From Chrysomallon squamiferum (Eukaryota; Animalia; Mollusca), in assembly GCA_012295275.1 (NCBI GenBank), contig CM022678.1:5332001-5396000 (forward strand): DNA of 64,000 nucleotides, read 5' to 3'. The notes beneath the pieces were generated by a model. The model searched no databases and had not been told where the DNA came from. It saw only the letters and a program-made list of their open reading frames with translations. A program made the position numbers and the translations under genes. Position 1 is the stretch's first letter. Every line of letters starts with the position of its first letter. Shown piece by piece: positions 1 to 57,203 of the stretch.

Positions 1-1713
1 GACAAAGCGAACAAAATGAGAACACTCAACACGTTGTTTCACTTGGTCAAACTTCACAAAGAACGAAACGACAGACGTTCTAAGCTTTTGAAAAGCGCCG
101 AAGATTCTAAACACAAACAAACCGGACGACGAAGTCTGCTTGGGGTTAAAACAGACGAAGAAGACAGAGACGATGCTGTTGAGAATGTTTCGTGGAGATC
201 GGCGGTCTGATTCGATGCTTAATCACATTCTGAAATCCATAAATCAGAGGACATATCCCGAGGACGATGTTATGAAGACTAATGCTCTTGAATCTCAGTT
301 GCGCTTGCTGTCCAGGAGTCATCACCACGTGCTGAGCAGAAATCGGCTGTTTGACCAGAGAAGCAGTGAAAGTGGCAGCGATGAAGACGAGTCGTTTTCT
401 CAGCACAGAATGGAGGCTGGGATGCCAACAGATCCGTCAGCGACCACGTCAATACATCCTTCAGTAGTGGACGTCATTTACAGCCACGAAACCAGACAAA
501 ACCCGAAACCGCTGGACTCGAAGGTCAAAGCGCCTTATGAAATAAAACCAAAAGAAAAAATTTGATAAAACCCAGACGTGGAGGTTTGGTGAAACTCAAA
601 GCTGATGATGATACGAAATCTGACAAAGAAAGTCTTCACAAATCCATACCGTATGATAACAATACAACCAAACCAGACGATGATTTGAACTCCCAAACAT
701 ACGATGGTATCAAACCCGAACCAATCAATGACGTCAAATCTAAACCACACAAAGACATGGTTAAGACACACGGGGAAAAGGGAACAAAAGTATTCCAGGA
801 GAAAACAAAGAACGCTGAAAAGAAAACAATCAAAGCTGGGCAAACAGAAGAAGACGTAAAGAAAAAAGACATTAAGCAGACGAATACAAAAGTTTCACCT
901 ACCGAACCATCAGCTGAAGGAACCTTAACTGAAATGTTCCATCAGACGACTGAAAAAGCAGCAAATAGGAAAGCAGGCGATAAGCAGACGAAAAACAGAG
1001 ACACGCAGACGATCAAATCAACCAAAAAAGACACAAAACGACACAGAAACGAAAAGAAAAATACGAAGAAAAGAAAACAACAGAAGAACAAACAAGGCAA
1101 AGAGAACGGTATGAAGAATAAGCAGACTACGACTGAAAAATCTAAACAGACGAACAGAAAAAACGAGCACACCAGAGAGGGAATTCAGAAGACAAACACA
1201 ACAAACAGTGGACCTGAACAGACAAACGCAACACGCAAACAGACAGAAAACGGTTTTGAGAAAACAAGCACACGAGATAAAAAGACCAGAATGGAATTCG
1301 AAATAACGGACACCGAAAACAAACCGACGACGAACGGATTTGAACCCACCAACACCGAAACACACGCGCTCGAGACAGACTACAGCCAGCCGGAGCCACA
1401 CACCTACGTGCTGGTGAAAAACGTCAACGACGAAGGCCCGTGGATCTTCCACACAGCAGTGCAGCCTTTTCCCGGGATCACAGGTCATCTGCCTCGGCCA
1501 ATGAAAAAAGGGGAATTATATCCAGATAATAAAAATGGCGTCTCGGAAGACCACACGAACGAGTGGGAACTGGTCAACAAGGGAGATAACTGGAGAAATA
1601 AAATTAAAAAGGGAGGTAAGCGTGGCTGGAGGTACCATCTAGAACGTCAGCAGCAACGTCTCGGTGGTCAGCATCATTTATTAAAGGAAGATGGAGGAAT
1701 TGAAATCCGATAA
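1..1713 (+). CDS. 3' part (probably a long terminal exon) of an uncharacterised low-complexity K/T/E/N-rich protein; split over three ORFs by apparent frameshifts
   Basis: Overlapping ORFs 16-210 (frame open from base 1), 140-565 and 562-1713 tile the region. The sequence is coding-like with no microsatellites. Stop TAA at 1711-1713 is followed by AATAAA at 1731-1736 and an abrupt switch to AT-rich UTR-like sequence. No family recognised. Confidence 0.65.
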
Positions 1714-1863
1714 CAGAAATAGACAAGGAAAATAAAAGAAGCACAAAATTACGACAACGTTTTATATATTATTTCTCTTTTCACGTATTCTTTAGCTGAG
1801 TGTGTTTTAAATATTGTATTGTTTTAAATGAGAAATTATATTAATTAGTATTCCTGTTTATTG

Positions 1864-2034
1864 TAGATTTAGTTATATATAATATGGATAGTGTTTCAGT
1901 ATGTTTAACTGAGTATGTATATTAATGAATATTCATGTTTGCAGATTTAGTTATATATATAATATGGGTAGTGTTTTAGTATGTTTAATTGAGAATGTAT
2001 ATTCATTAATATTCATGTTTATAACGGATTTAGT
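1864..2034. repeat. ~80-bp tandem duplication in the putative 3' UTR or flank of the first gene
   Basis: agatttagttatatata...gtatgtttaa(c/t)tgag(t/a)atgtatatt...aatattcatgttt occurs at ~1864-1940 and ~1942-2020, with a more degenerate copy just upstream. Confidence 0.8.
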
Positions 2035-2249
2035 AATGATAGCAATAGTGTTTTATTATTTTTAATTATATTGATAATTATTTTAGTATTTTTATTTAAA
2101 GTAGCAACACTTATTATGTGTTGGTATTAGAGTTAGCTACTACGTATGCAAACCAGAACCATGAATTAATATGTATGAACAAAACGTATCTTAACAGCAT
2201 AGAGCAAACTGCTATATTTTCTTTTCTAAGAACAAAACCAGTAATAACT

Positions 2250-2297
<48 letters not shown>

Positions 2298-3738
2298 GTG
2301 ATCATAAATATACTAATTGATATATATATGTATATACTTCCATAGATTGTTAAAAGAAAGGAAAAATACGATTAATGTCCTACACCAAGGCTATCCAACT
2401 AATTCATTGTAATGGCACCGAACTTCATCTTTCAATTTGGTCTTCCGTTAATTACGTTTTTCCTGTAAATATACTTTATTAATTAACAACGTACTTCAAA
2501 GTCTAACTATTTGGCTAGTAAATGGAAAAAAAAAAACGTATAGAATACTGAAAACAATTGCTAGAGAACAGAAAAAACGTATGAAAATATATCAAAAGTA
2601 GTATCCATTAAGCATTTAGCGAAACATAGATATGAAGAATTAGTATTGCTTTCAGTATGTGTGTATGTTCAATGTCATTCAGACTAATATACTCGTATGT
2701 ATTTGCAAGCCTTAGCTTTAGATATTCATGGCTAAACCGCTGTCAGTACAACTGGATTAAATTCCCTGGACACGCGTGCATGAACATTTGATATACGTAA
2801 GCGCATCTCATGTGACTGACCTGACAGTATTTTTTTGTTTGTTAAGTTAAGCCTGGTGTTGACAATATTACAGCACAACAGTTCAGTTTAATACAAGAAG
2901 AAAGATATAAGTGAGAGAAAAAAAAATCTGTTTATGTAAGTGTAGAGTTAGTAATGCATGCAGTATTCGTAGAATCTTAACTGTAAGCTCTTAATGTTGT
3001 GTATTTAAACAGTTTGTAGATGAATAGGATAGAAAGTATTTTGTAATAGGTATTTTTATATATATATATTTTTTGTAATGAAATAAAGGAACTTGTAACC
3101 TTCTCTGTTTTTGTTCTGTGATTAATGTTACTGTTGGTGTTGGTTTTCTTTCATTATTATCATTATTATTATTATTATTATTGTTATTATTAACTTAAAA
3201 GTACAGATTCCAGGCATACTCATATGTTGAGGACACATATATAAAGTGATGTCAATTTACCCCATACGTGTTTATTACATGAAACATTATCTACTATTCA
3301 GAATATACTCAGACAGACACACACATATACACAGAGAAACATTCACAGATACAGACATAGATACGTTATACTAAACTACAATATTTTAGTGTTCTGTAAG
3401 GCACCATAGGAATACAGGTTTCTGGTTAATTAAAACAGAATACCAAACCCAGCAGACAAGAATGTTCTAAGATAAAATACATCTAATTTTATAAATATTG
3501 ATCATTTATTTTTAATTTAAAATAAAAGCTGTTTTCAAAATGTTTTCGGAAATCTAAGCCAGCATTTAAACACAGAAGAAGTATCTTTTAATAATATATA
3601 TAATCAAATAATAAACAAATAAATAAATAAACAAACAAATAAATAAATAATATCATTTATTTTAAGTTAGTTTGTTTGTTTGTTCGATTTAATTTTATCT
3701 TATTATTTCTATTGTTCTTTATTTTCTTATTTCTCTTA

Positions 3739-3891
<153 letters not shown>

Positions 3892-4237
3892 CCCTCCCTC
3901 CCTCCCTCCCTCTCTCTCTCTCTCCATCTGTCATCTTTATTTTCTTCCTTTTCACTTCAACCATCTTGAAGCATGTTATAAATCGTTCTTTCCTATTCGC
4001 GTATCCTTGAGCGCACATCAACTGTGACCTTTTAGTTCCCTTGTACTTATTAACTTGAACAAATTCTGGGACAGCACAAAAGACAGAAAACAAACGACAT
4101 ACAATTACAAAGGGTTAACTTGACCGTGAATGACACCCTGCAGATTTCACTCCAGATTACAGGCGCTATGCCCTCGATAAACAACCAGTCGAAATAACGA
4201 TGCGATTTCCTTTCCTCTCGAATGTCTGCAACTGCAG

Positions 4238-5281
4238 TAAAATTGACACCCGGTATTTATTACGAAACCCGTTTTTAAGACTCGTCGAGAATCTCATATT
4301 GAGTTAAAAATGACACTGGGAATGTATTACAAACTCGTTTACGACAGATCCACGATTCAGACTTGGGTGTTTAAAATGACACAGAGAATATGTTACGAAC
4401 ATGTTTACAACTGTCGGAGAGTTCAGACTAGGTTAGAATAATAATAAAATGTATTTCAAATGTGTTTGCAGTAGTTGTAGCAAGGGTTGGTTATCTAACG
4501 GGGTTTTCATTCGCACGTGAACCTCCTAGGGGTAATAAAAAATAATAATATAATAAATAAAATAAATAAAATTACTGTCCGCATGTGTAGTATATCAACT
4601 CATGCCCTGAATGATATTCGGGATGAACTGGATGTCAGTTTGACAGTTTGGTTTGCTGACAAAATGGATATGGCTGCGTGTATCGATGAAGAGATAGGAA
4701 TGACAAGAGCTGTGAATAATTATAAATTATAAATATTTATATATTGTTTCGGAACACACACATACACACACACACATATAAACACACACACATACACACA
4801 AACACACTTGCTTACCTAAAGCAGGTTCCACCCCTGTCGAAATCTAATATTCGATTAAAATGGCAATGAGAATTCATTACGAACATGTTTAAAATAGTTC
4901 GACAGTTCCGATTCTGTTGAAAAGACATTAAAAAATCCATTGCGATTATATTTAGAACAGATCCATGCTTCAGATAGTGTTAAAAAGACACCGAGAATTT
5001 GCTACGACCAAGTCTACGATAGTTCGAGATATCAGAGGTGTTAATAATTTATTACGAACATATTTACGATAGTTCGAGATTTCAGGAGTTGTTAAGATGA
5101 CGTTTTTAAAATTTGTTGCGAGTATGTTTAAATGAATTCGTTTAAAACAAGTGAAAGAATTTGTTAAGAACATTCTTACTCTATTTCGAGAATTAAATGG
5201 GGTTAAATTTATAGTAGCAATTTATGACGGACATGTTTACAATAGTTAGGGAATTCAAGCACTGGGAATTTGTTGTCAAAA

Positions 5282-5319
<38 letters not shown>

Positions 5320-5670
5320 TATTATGAATAGCTTTATATCGGTCCGGAATTTCAGATGTCATTAAAACGTCATCAGTGATCTATTACCGACATATTTACA
5401 ACAGTTCGAGATATCAAATTTTGTGAGAAAAAAAATATATATTAATAATTTATTGCGAACAAGTTTACTATAGTTCGAAATTTCAGAGGTTGTTAAAAAT
5501 AATTTAATAAATTTTATTACCAATATTTTTTGCAGTATTTCGAAGATTTCAGATTTTACAAAACAAATACACTGAGAATGTATTACCAAAACGTTCACAC
5601 TAATTTGAAATATGTGATACTAACAAAAAAATATGTCTATAATTTTTCACAAGCATATTTTCAACAGTTC
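4238..5670. repeat. Degenerate ~62-bp tandem satellite, interrupted at ~4440-4855
   Basis: Recurrent unit resembling taaaatgacac(t/c)gagaat(t/g)tattacgaacatgtttacgatagttcgagatttcaga at ~4238, 4305, 4372, then from 4857 onward to ~5660. Confidence 0.8.
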
Positions 5671-6626
5671 AATAAATTATATTTCGTTAACTCGCTTGAC
5701 ATCAGTCAGAATTTTCCTCAAATGCATTAAATTACAAAACTACTACCTTGACTACTGCAGCTGTAGCAACAATAATTTGGCTGGCACCCAATAACCATTA
5801 ATATTAAAAAGAATATATATATATTTATAAATATATATATATATATATATGCATATACATACACATAATAAATACCACTGACATGTCCCCATTCGACTCT
5901 TCATGTCTGTTTTTTTTTTTTTTTTGACCGTTAAACTAGGGACGATTTATGTTTCTTAGTGTAAAGAATAATAATGATTAAAATGATATATGTCGCTTTG
6001 TTCGATATACGTCTATAATTCAGTTCACGCTGTTATAATGTTTGGTCTATGAAACCCGCTGTTCAGCTTATGTTCGACAATGTGTACTTGTGATTTTTTC
6101 AAGTGTCAATAAAGAATTTAATGTTTTGAGGACAAGGGATGATAAACGTGAAATGTGAACTCTGTTTTATTGTTGTCAAAAGTAGTGTACAAATATTTGA
6201 GAATGGATACTGTGAAACAAATACGTGTATTTAATTTATGGTGTTGTAAAAGGTGGGAGGGGATGGAGGGAGGGAGGGATGAAGATAGATATACAGAGAA
6301 ATATGCATATATATATATATATATATATGCGTGCATGTGTGTGTATATATATATGAACAGATTAGATAAATATACATACATAAACATATATACACACGAT
6401 ATACAAATACACATTGTCATAAACATATATACACACATATACATAATATATACACATGCGCACAAACACGCACACACTCATCTATATCTAGCAATATACA
6501 GATGCAATACAGGCACACACACAAATTTACAGCTAGCAATAAATAGACACAACACACAGCTACACACATTTCCATCTGGCAACAGAAAGATTTGCGCCTG
6601 CGTTCACATTCACACACACGCACAGA

Positions 6627-6662
<36 letters not shown>

Positions 6663-7145
6663 TAGAGACGAATTTACAGCTACCACCAATAAGACCCACG
6701 TTGTAACAGAAATTTACGATATCTTCTCACCCCGATACAGTTCGCACTGTCTCCACCTAGTATCACCATAACTCACCCTTACAGCAACACGTTACCAATT
6801 TCTCCGCTTACAAAACTAACGTTACTTAATTTAGCGTAACGTCTGACATGTCACATCGCTGTGACGTCACACGAGATTACCCCCGTGTCAACCGCATACG
6901 TAATTTTAGTAGCGTACCCTTCTTAACATTGTCACTTATCTTTCCGCGGCGGAACAAACGTTTTATTGATTGTTTGTAGACGGTCGTTGAACGGGATTAG
7001 ATTACTCGCGCCGAATGTGCTTGGTAGCGAGTTCAAATCGTGTTAGGCGAATAAAAGAAAATGAATAATAATTAATGAGTAACAGAAAGAAAAAAGAAAA
7101 TAAAAACCCATGGAGACTGAGTGAGAGAATGACTAAGAAACAAAG

Positions 7146-7222
<77 letters not shown>

Positions 7223-7439
7223 GAAAATAGAGAGACAGACAGAGAGACATAGAGAGAAAGAGAGACAGAGAGACAGAGAGACAGAGAGAGACATAGAGAG
7301 ACAGAGAGAGACAGAGAGACGGACAGAAAAGCATTATATGTACAAATTATTTGTCAATATACTTATATATAGATTTATATAAGAGAGAGGGAGAGAGACA
7401 GAGACAGAGAGAGACACAGAGAGAGAGAGAGAGAGAGAC

Positions 7440-7474
<35 letters not shown>

Positions 7475-8480
7475 CGGCAGAAACAGGAAGAGTGTGTATG
7501 TGTGTAAAATATTTGTGCGTGCTTATTTAAAATAACTGAATAGGTATTGATTTGTTTTCTTTCGTTTCTATCTAATCGAAGCTACATAAACAAAGCATCC
7601 AACTTTCCATTCATTAGTAAGTGCATCCATTAAACGGTCAGATGTTTTATAACGTGTATGAATGGGAATGGCACAATAAATAGAAGTATATTCAGAAATA
7701 ACTAACTAACTAAATAATTTACTAATTAATTTATATATATATACATACATACACACATATATTTCTGCTAGCAGTAGTTCAAGATCTTGTCAATATTCTT
7801 CTTTCTTATTTTCTTATTGTTGATTTTTTTCTATCTTTGCCGTCTTTGCTATAACTTTTTCGTTTTTTTTTCTCTTTTTCTTTTATTTATTTATTTATTT
7901 ATTTGTTCCTGTTTCTCTTCTTCTTCTTGCGTAAGATTCTTAACGTAATAAATTTCAAGATTATTAAAGAACATAAACTACAGAATGAGTAAACAAAATA
8001 AAGCACGCATTCAACCCTAAGTCCACAAAAATTTTAAAAAAAAAAAAATAGAAAATAAAAAATCAAGCATGTGAAAACATAATCCAATCTCGCAAACACA
8101 GACACACAGAAACACACATAGACTCACCACAGACACACACACACATATACACACAGACACACACACATAGCTACACAAGCACATACACGCACACACTCAC
8201 ACTTACTCTAATTCGAAACTGCAAGTTCTTTTGCAGACTTGTTCTCTTCACAATGCAATCATTTTGATGTTTTACTTGTACAAGCTCTCAACCATGGACA
8301 TGAGAAATCGCCGAGGGACTGACAAACGAAAGAAATAAAAGAAATATCTGTACACATCCCGACTGGTCCTCGGGCATCATTTTAACATGTTGACCTGTCC
8401 ACTTAACAAACGACAGGTTGCGTAACAGGACAAAGAAACCAGTGTTGTTCAATACGTCGCCAATTAATTATTATCAAGCA

Positions 8481-8631
<151 letters not shown>

Positions 8632-8873
8632 ACCTTTGTGTCTTTCTGTACGTATGTAAAGCAAGAAACAGTAGAATTGACGCGAAGTAATCCGACAACA
8701 ATTGGTTTTTTTCTGAGGCTGTTTTTCTGTTATTCACTTTTTGTTTTCTCTGACGTAAATTTTCCGTTCAAGCAGTATTTGTACTAGTTGACTTTCCTTA
8801 TTTCTTTTCTTTTATATCTATCAGTTTTTTCTAATTACATACATAAATACATACATACATACATATATGTGTT

Positions 8874-8908
<35 letters not shown>

Positions 8909-8963
8909 TCTTGTTATTTTGATATGCATTAATATCGTCATATTATTATTATTATTTTTATTA

Positions 8964-9032
<69 letters not shown>

Positions 9033-9083
9033 TGCTACCGCTACTACAATTACTATTAAGTTGACGACGACCATTATTATTAC

Positions 9084-9114
<31 letters not shown>

Positions 9115-9153
9115 GTCGTTGTTGTTGTTGTCCCTGATGTTGTTAGAGAAGAA

Positions 9154-9410
9154 GCTCTTTGGTAGAGAGTACGTTCAATGTACGGTGGATCATTTAGCTA
9201 TCTCTCGTTTCAACCAGTGCTCCGTAACTGCTATCAAATGCAGTGGTATGTACTGTCTCGCTTAGTACGGTGGATATAAAAGATCATTTGCTGCTAACTG
9301 CGAAGAGTAACCGATGACGTGACGTCAGCGGGTTTCATCTCTAGTTAACTGAGTGATTCTTAATTGTACATCAGAAACAGAATAAATGTAAATTAAAAAT
9401 TGTTGAGAGC
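9154..9410 (+). mobile_element. Degraded tRNA-derived SINE, MetaSINE-like (mollusc type)
   Basis: Ordered blocks tggtagag (A-box-like), ggtggatcatttagctatctctcgtttcaaccagtgctcc, gtggtatgtactgtc, ggtggatataaaagatcatttgctgctaa, gaagagtaaccgatgacgtgacgtcagcgggtttcatctct. These resemble from memory the Meta-domain SINEs common in gastropods; not verified by search. Confidence 0.65.
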
Positions 9411-9484
9411 TTAGAAAGTTATGAAATCATTACATTGAGCTACTGCATACAATAAATAAATAAATAAATAATGATAAAATAACT

Positions 9485-9532
<48 letters not shown>

Positions 9533-9649
9533 ATAGTCGTAATAATAATAATAATATAACCTTTTTTATCTGTTTTGATATCCTGTTCATTTTTCTCCCT
9601 AAAAGCTAATATTTATGTTTTTTCAAAAACAACGAACATATATATACAT

Positions 9650-9706
<57 letters not shown>

Positions 9707-9807
9707 TACATACATACAACATTTAAAAAGAAATTAAAAGAAAAAATAAAGTAAAAAATAAAATTAAAAAAAAATAAAGCGAAATTATAAAAATTAATAT
9801 TTGTGTA

Positions 9808-9842
<35 letters not shown>

Positions 9843-9948
9843 TTACTTTGTTTCATCTTTTAATATATATATAACCACAAATAGATGTCAAATAATTTAA
9901 TTATTTCTGGCAGTACAGTAAGGCTCCGTGCATACAAATTTATGTCTC

Positions 9949-10040
9949 TGACGTAATAACGTGACATGAAATATACATCGTTGTCATCATCCATTACCTG
10001 CCAGAACTCAATCACGTGACGCCGTTCGTCCAATCGAAAA
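9949..10040 (+). promoter_or_regulatory. Candidate promoter of aquaporin exon 1A
   Basis: TGACGTAA (~9949), E-box TCACGTGAC (10012-10020) and CCAAT (10030-10034) lie in a CpG-containing patch ~180-260 bp upstream of ATG 10212. Confidence 0.45.
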
Positions 10041-10211
10041 CGTGTGTTGAGAAAAAAAGTCGTCAACCTTAATTCTGAGACTTACTATTTAAACTCGTAC
10101 CTCTTCCGAAATTCTTAATATTCTTTAACTCGTGTTCTGCTTACTGTGCAAACATAATATATATCTTTTTTATTAAGAAAATTAATAATAATTAAATAAC
10201 TAGATTTCATC

Positions 10212-48603
<38,392 letters not shown>

Positions 48604-49658
48604 AATGACGTCATATGGCAACTAAGATGACAAAAAGCGCGACAAGCAATCTAAAAATAGACATTTTCACATTTTTTATAAATACTTTTTTCGGCATTAC
48701 TGTATATTATAGATCCGCTGTTTTCTGATCATTCAGTATGTATTATTCACCTAAAATTTATGAGGGATCAAACTTTTTTGAAAATGTAGGAATATATTAT
48801 TTTTATACTTATGCTCTTATTATTAAATCTTCGATTTTTTGTCTTGGAGGCCTTTTGATGAAACTGTCCTACATGTTACGAAATAGTGCCTTTTAAGTAT
48901 TTTAAATCATAAAATGTATTATGGAACCATTCCTGTTAAATATTAGTAAATATTATGAAACATTACGTTTCAGATATCTCTAAATGATATGAAACAAAAT
49001 GATTTCAATATTCGTTAAAATGGTGATAAATGTGGATAAATTATACACTGTATTTCTAGTTACAGACATCCTTAAAGGCGGTAAAAAACAAGAACAAAAA
49101 AAGCATTTTAAAAATATTTATTTTTCTTAATAAATATTCATAAACCGTAAGATATTACCTCTTCAATAATAGATATTCAAAAAGAGGATAAAGTGATAAT
49201 TTTAATAAATATGCACAAATCTTAGAACACAGGATTATAATAAGTATTATTAATATGATAAAATAAATTTATTTGATATTTGAGTAGCTTATGACCTTTA
49301 TGAGCCAAGATGAACAAACAAATAATTATGATCCATTACATTTTTAATGAATATTCATGATTTCCTACCCTTTCGATAAATATTCATGATGCCTTTTATA
49401 ACATCAATAAATCGTAATCGTAAAAAAATCATGTTATTTATAAACACAACGTATTCTTAATTTTATTTCTCGATTTCATCCTCTTGTTACTAACGATTAA
49501 TAGCAATAGTTAGATTACTGGTGTAGTTTTTAACCTCAAATGAGGGTCGTGGGATCAAGGTTGAATTATTTCTTTTTTAGTTTAGTTTCTCGCATCCAAG
49601 TATTTGCGGTCCAAGGGAAGCAACTCATCTTTAGAATTTTTGCCTTAAGAGCTAACAG

Positions 49659-49708
<50 letters not shown>

Positions 49709-49854
49709 ATTTTTAGAATATTTTATTATATTCATCTATGTAAATAGGTTATGTATAGAAAGAAAATCACTCACCAATGTTGTATATGTAGTTCACATCA
49801 GGTATGGTTAAGGGCGACCAATTTTTATCGTTTACTTTATTTAATTATTACTTC

Positions 49855-49912
<58 letters not shown>

Positions 49913-50138
49913 TTTTTAAATTTATAATTTTTATATAAATTTTATGTATGTTTATGTATTGTAGTGGTATATGAGTAGAATCAATGTTTATCATAAATAA
50001 TAAATAAAGTTATATAATTATGTTTCTAACAAAAATGTTAAAATAAATAAATGATGTTTTATTATATTTGTGTTATGTTTTGTGTATATATTACGATATC
50101 ATTCAACAGTATAAGACAAAGGACATAACACAAGAAAG

Positions 50139-50173
<35 letters not shown>

Positions 50174-50293
50174 GACTACTACTGCTAGTACTACTACTAG
50201 TACTACAGTTATCACTATCATTACTAGTACTACTACTATTATTTATGATTATTTATTTTTTATGAGAGAGTCAAAGAAACAAATGGAGATAAT

Positions 50294-50408
<115 letters not shown>

Positions 50409-51540
50409 CAAAGAAGACATATATTTAAAATGCCTATTTGCGTATATTCAAGCCTGCCTACAGATATTTCAATCTTTTTAACTGTCTTTCTTTAACAGAA
50501 TGAAGTTTCTTGGTGAATTAAAATATCTATTAGTAGAACAAACTTACCAAAAACATAGCACTATTCTATAAGAACCACATTCACGCACACCTGTACACAA
50601 AAACTCACGCACAGCTTCCTGAGATAAAATTTACTCTGTCTTTATCTTGAAGAAAACAAAGCGATCAGAAAGAAAACAGAAGGCATCGACCAAAGAAAGT
50701 AATTGAAACATTTTCTGATTACGTTTGTCTCCCGTTATGCAATCCATCCTAATTTAGACTCAGTACAGACCGGTGTTGTAATCTTAGTACAATTATCGAC
50801 ACCATCAGAGATGTTTCTTTTCGGATGTGTGAACTTTTGCACCATAAATTCGTCGCCTTTATTTTCATTATTATCAAGAAGTGCTGAGAAATTTGTTGAG
50901 AAAAACGTAGAAGCTTTATAATCGACTTCCTTGTTATTTTATTTTATTTCATTTCTATATTTATTCATTGATTCATTTGTTTTAATTTATTTATTTATTT
51001 TTTTATATATTTTTTATTTATTTTGATTTCATTTTATTTTCCCTTACTATATTCTATTTTGTTTATTTTACTTAATTTATTTCATTTTTTTTTTTTTTTT
51101 GATGTAATTTAATTTATTTTAATCCTGTTAAATTTAGTTCATATTTGATTAATTATGGTTATGAGTTCAGTTTAATTCAGTTCATATTTCAATTCAGTTA
51201 CACACATATGTACACGCACACACGCACTCGCACACAGTGACATAAACACACACAAGCACACATTACTACATTTCCATAAATGTATATTTCAAATTTTCTG
51301 CAGTTTTCAAAAGACACCAATATCGGCACATAAGCATTACTTATTATCAGAAATAAATTTGTTTATTTTCTTCACCATCGTGTCTTATATATAACAAAAA
51401 TAATAATAAAAAAAAAAAAAAAAAAAAAAAATAATAATAATAATAATAAAATAATAATAATAATAATCAAAAGAATCTCACACTTTTGTCTGCAACAAGA
51501 ATGATTAAGAGTGTCAAAACATGTTAATCCGCCATTAACG

Positions 51541-51570
51541 GACGTCAGTTACGTCATATATGACGTAATG
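51541..51570 (+). promoter_or_regulatory. Cluster of CRE/bZIP-like sites upstream of LRR gene A exon 1
   Basis: gacgtcag-ttacgtca-tata-tgacgtaa, ~130-150 bp upstream of ATG 51696. Confidence 0.4.
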
Positions 51571-51695
51571 TTCTTTTCATTAATTGTTTTGCCTGACAAT
51601 TACGAGTTGTAACGTACACTGTGTATCACACGTTTCCACCGCCAAGACAAAGTTCGTTGTACCAGGATGTCTTAACACTATAATGTCTTAGAAAG

Positions 51696-55601
<3,906 letters not shown>

Positions 55602-55761
55602 ATTAAAAAAGGGAAAACTGGATTTATTAAGAAAATATGTTTTCGTTAAAACATGGGATCTTTCAACATCATAGTATCAATGATTACAATTCCTTTTGCA
55701 TTCAAATATACACTGGTAGTGTGCTATTATTATGATGATGATGATGATGATTATTATTATT

Positions 55762-55791
<30 letters not shown>

Positions 55792-55792
<1 letters not shown>

Positions 55793-55997
55793 ACGCGATT
55801 TTCCGCAACACATGATTCTCGATTCTATGTCAGTTCTCTGTTTGTGTTACTTTTGCGGTTGTTGTTGTTATTGTTATTGTTACTGTTGTTGTTGTTGTTG
55901 CTGTTGTTGTTGTTGTTGATGATGTTGTAATTATTGTCGAAGCGATCTGCCGCAATTCATGATTCCCGTCTCTGTATCAGTTTTCTGTTCGTGTGAT
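55792..55997. repeat. ~58-bp degenerate duplication separated by (GTT)n, downstream of LRR gene A
   Basis: gacgcgattttccgcaacacatgattctcg...tcagttctctgtttgtg versus gaagcgatctgccgcaattcatgattcccg...tcagttttctgttcgtg. Confidence 0.7.
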
Positions 55998-56884
55998 TGT
56001 TGTTGCTGTTGTTGTTGATGTTGTTGTAATGGTTGCTGATGTTATATTTATACCTTGTTTGTTGCCTCTGCTTACATTTTTCATTTATTACTTTATTAAA
56101 GCTGTCAGTGACGTTGTTGGTGTATTTTTACATTGTTGTTCAGTCATTATTATCATCATTAATATCATGATTGCAGCTGTTGCTGTTCTGTCTTGTTGTA
56201 GTGGTTGCAGAGCGTTTTGACATAAATTTTGCTACTACTACTGGCTTCATTTTTTTTTAACTGTTCTTAATTTAATTACTACCACCACAACTACAACCAC
56301 CACAACTACAACCACCATCGTTCTCGAGATTCAGATAGTAGGCGTATCTGTCGTGAAATCGCTACACCAGATTACCGATAACCTTTCAAAATCCGGTACT
56401 GCCATTCGATCCCATCGTCCTACGTCCTGAACTCGTCGAATACAGCATAAACCGTTCAACGCTATACACAACAAGCCAGTCGTTCTTAAAGTAATTTAAT
56501 TCTGTAGTGATTCATATGACTCACTCTGAACTTCAAACCTCAACAACAACTGATATTAATCCCAAAAAAAAAAAATAAAAAAAATTCTGCCTCTTACTAC
56601 GAGATAGAAATGCTGATGTTTGACCTCATCTAAAGCAAAACATCTTTCAAATGTTATTGCATTGGGTTGTTCAACGTTTGACTGGGTTTCAGGTATTCAG
56701 TGTGCGCTTCAAACGTATGTCACGACTGGGGTCAGTACAAAGTATCTGTGATGAGTATGTAGTCATGCGTTGCTCTGTAGTAGAGTAGGTGGTTGTACGG
56801 TAAAAAAAAAAAGTAATTCGGGTATTTGGCAGTTATAAACTAGAATCCACTGCAATAAATATAAGAAAGAAGGAAAGAAAGAAA

Positions 56885-56940
<56 letters not shown>

Positions 56941-57029
56941 AATATTATAGCTTTTTTTTTTCTCAAATAAGGAAAGGAAACTTGAAAATGATAAAACAAA
57001 TAATTAATTAATAATTGATGGTGATGATG

Positions 57030-57095
<66 letters not shown>

Positions 57096-57203
57096 GTAAT
57101 AATAATATTAACAACAACAACAACAACAACAACGGACTAATAAGGTAATGTTAGTATGTTAGAAGATTAATATAAAACAAAAAACAAACAAAAACAACAG
57201 ATA

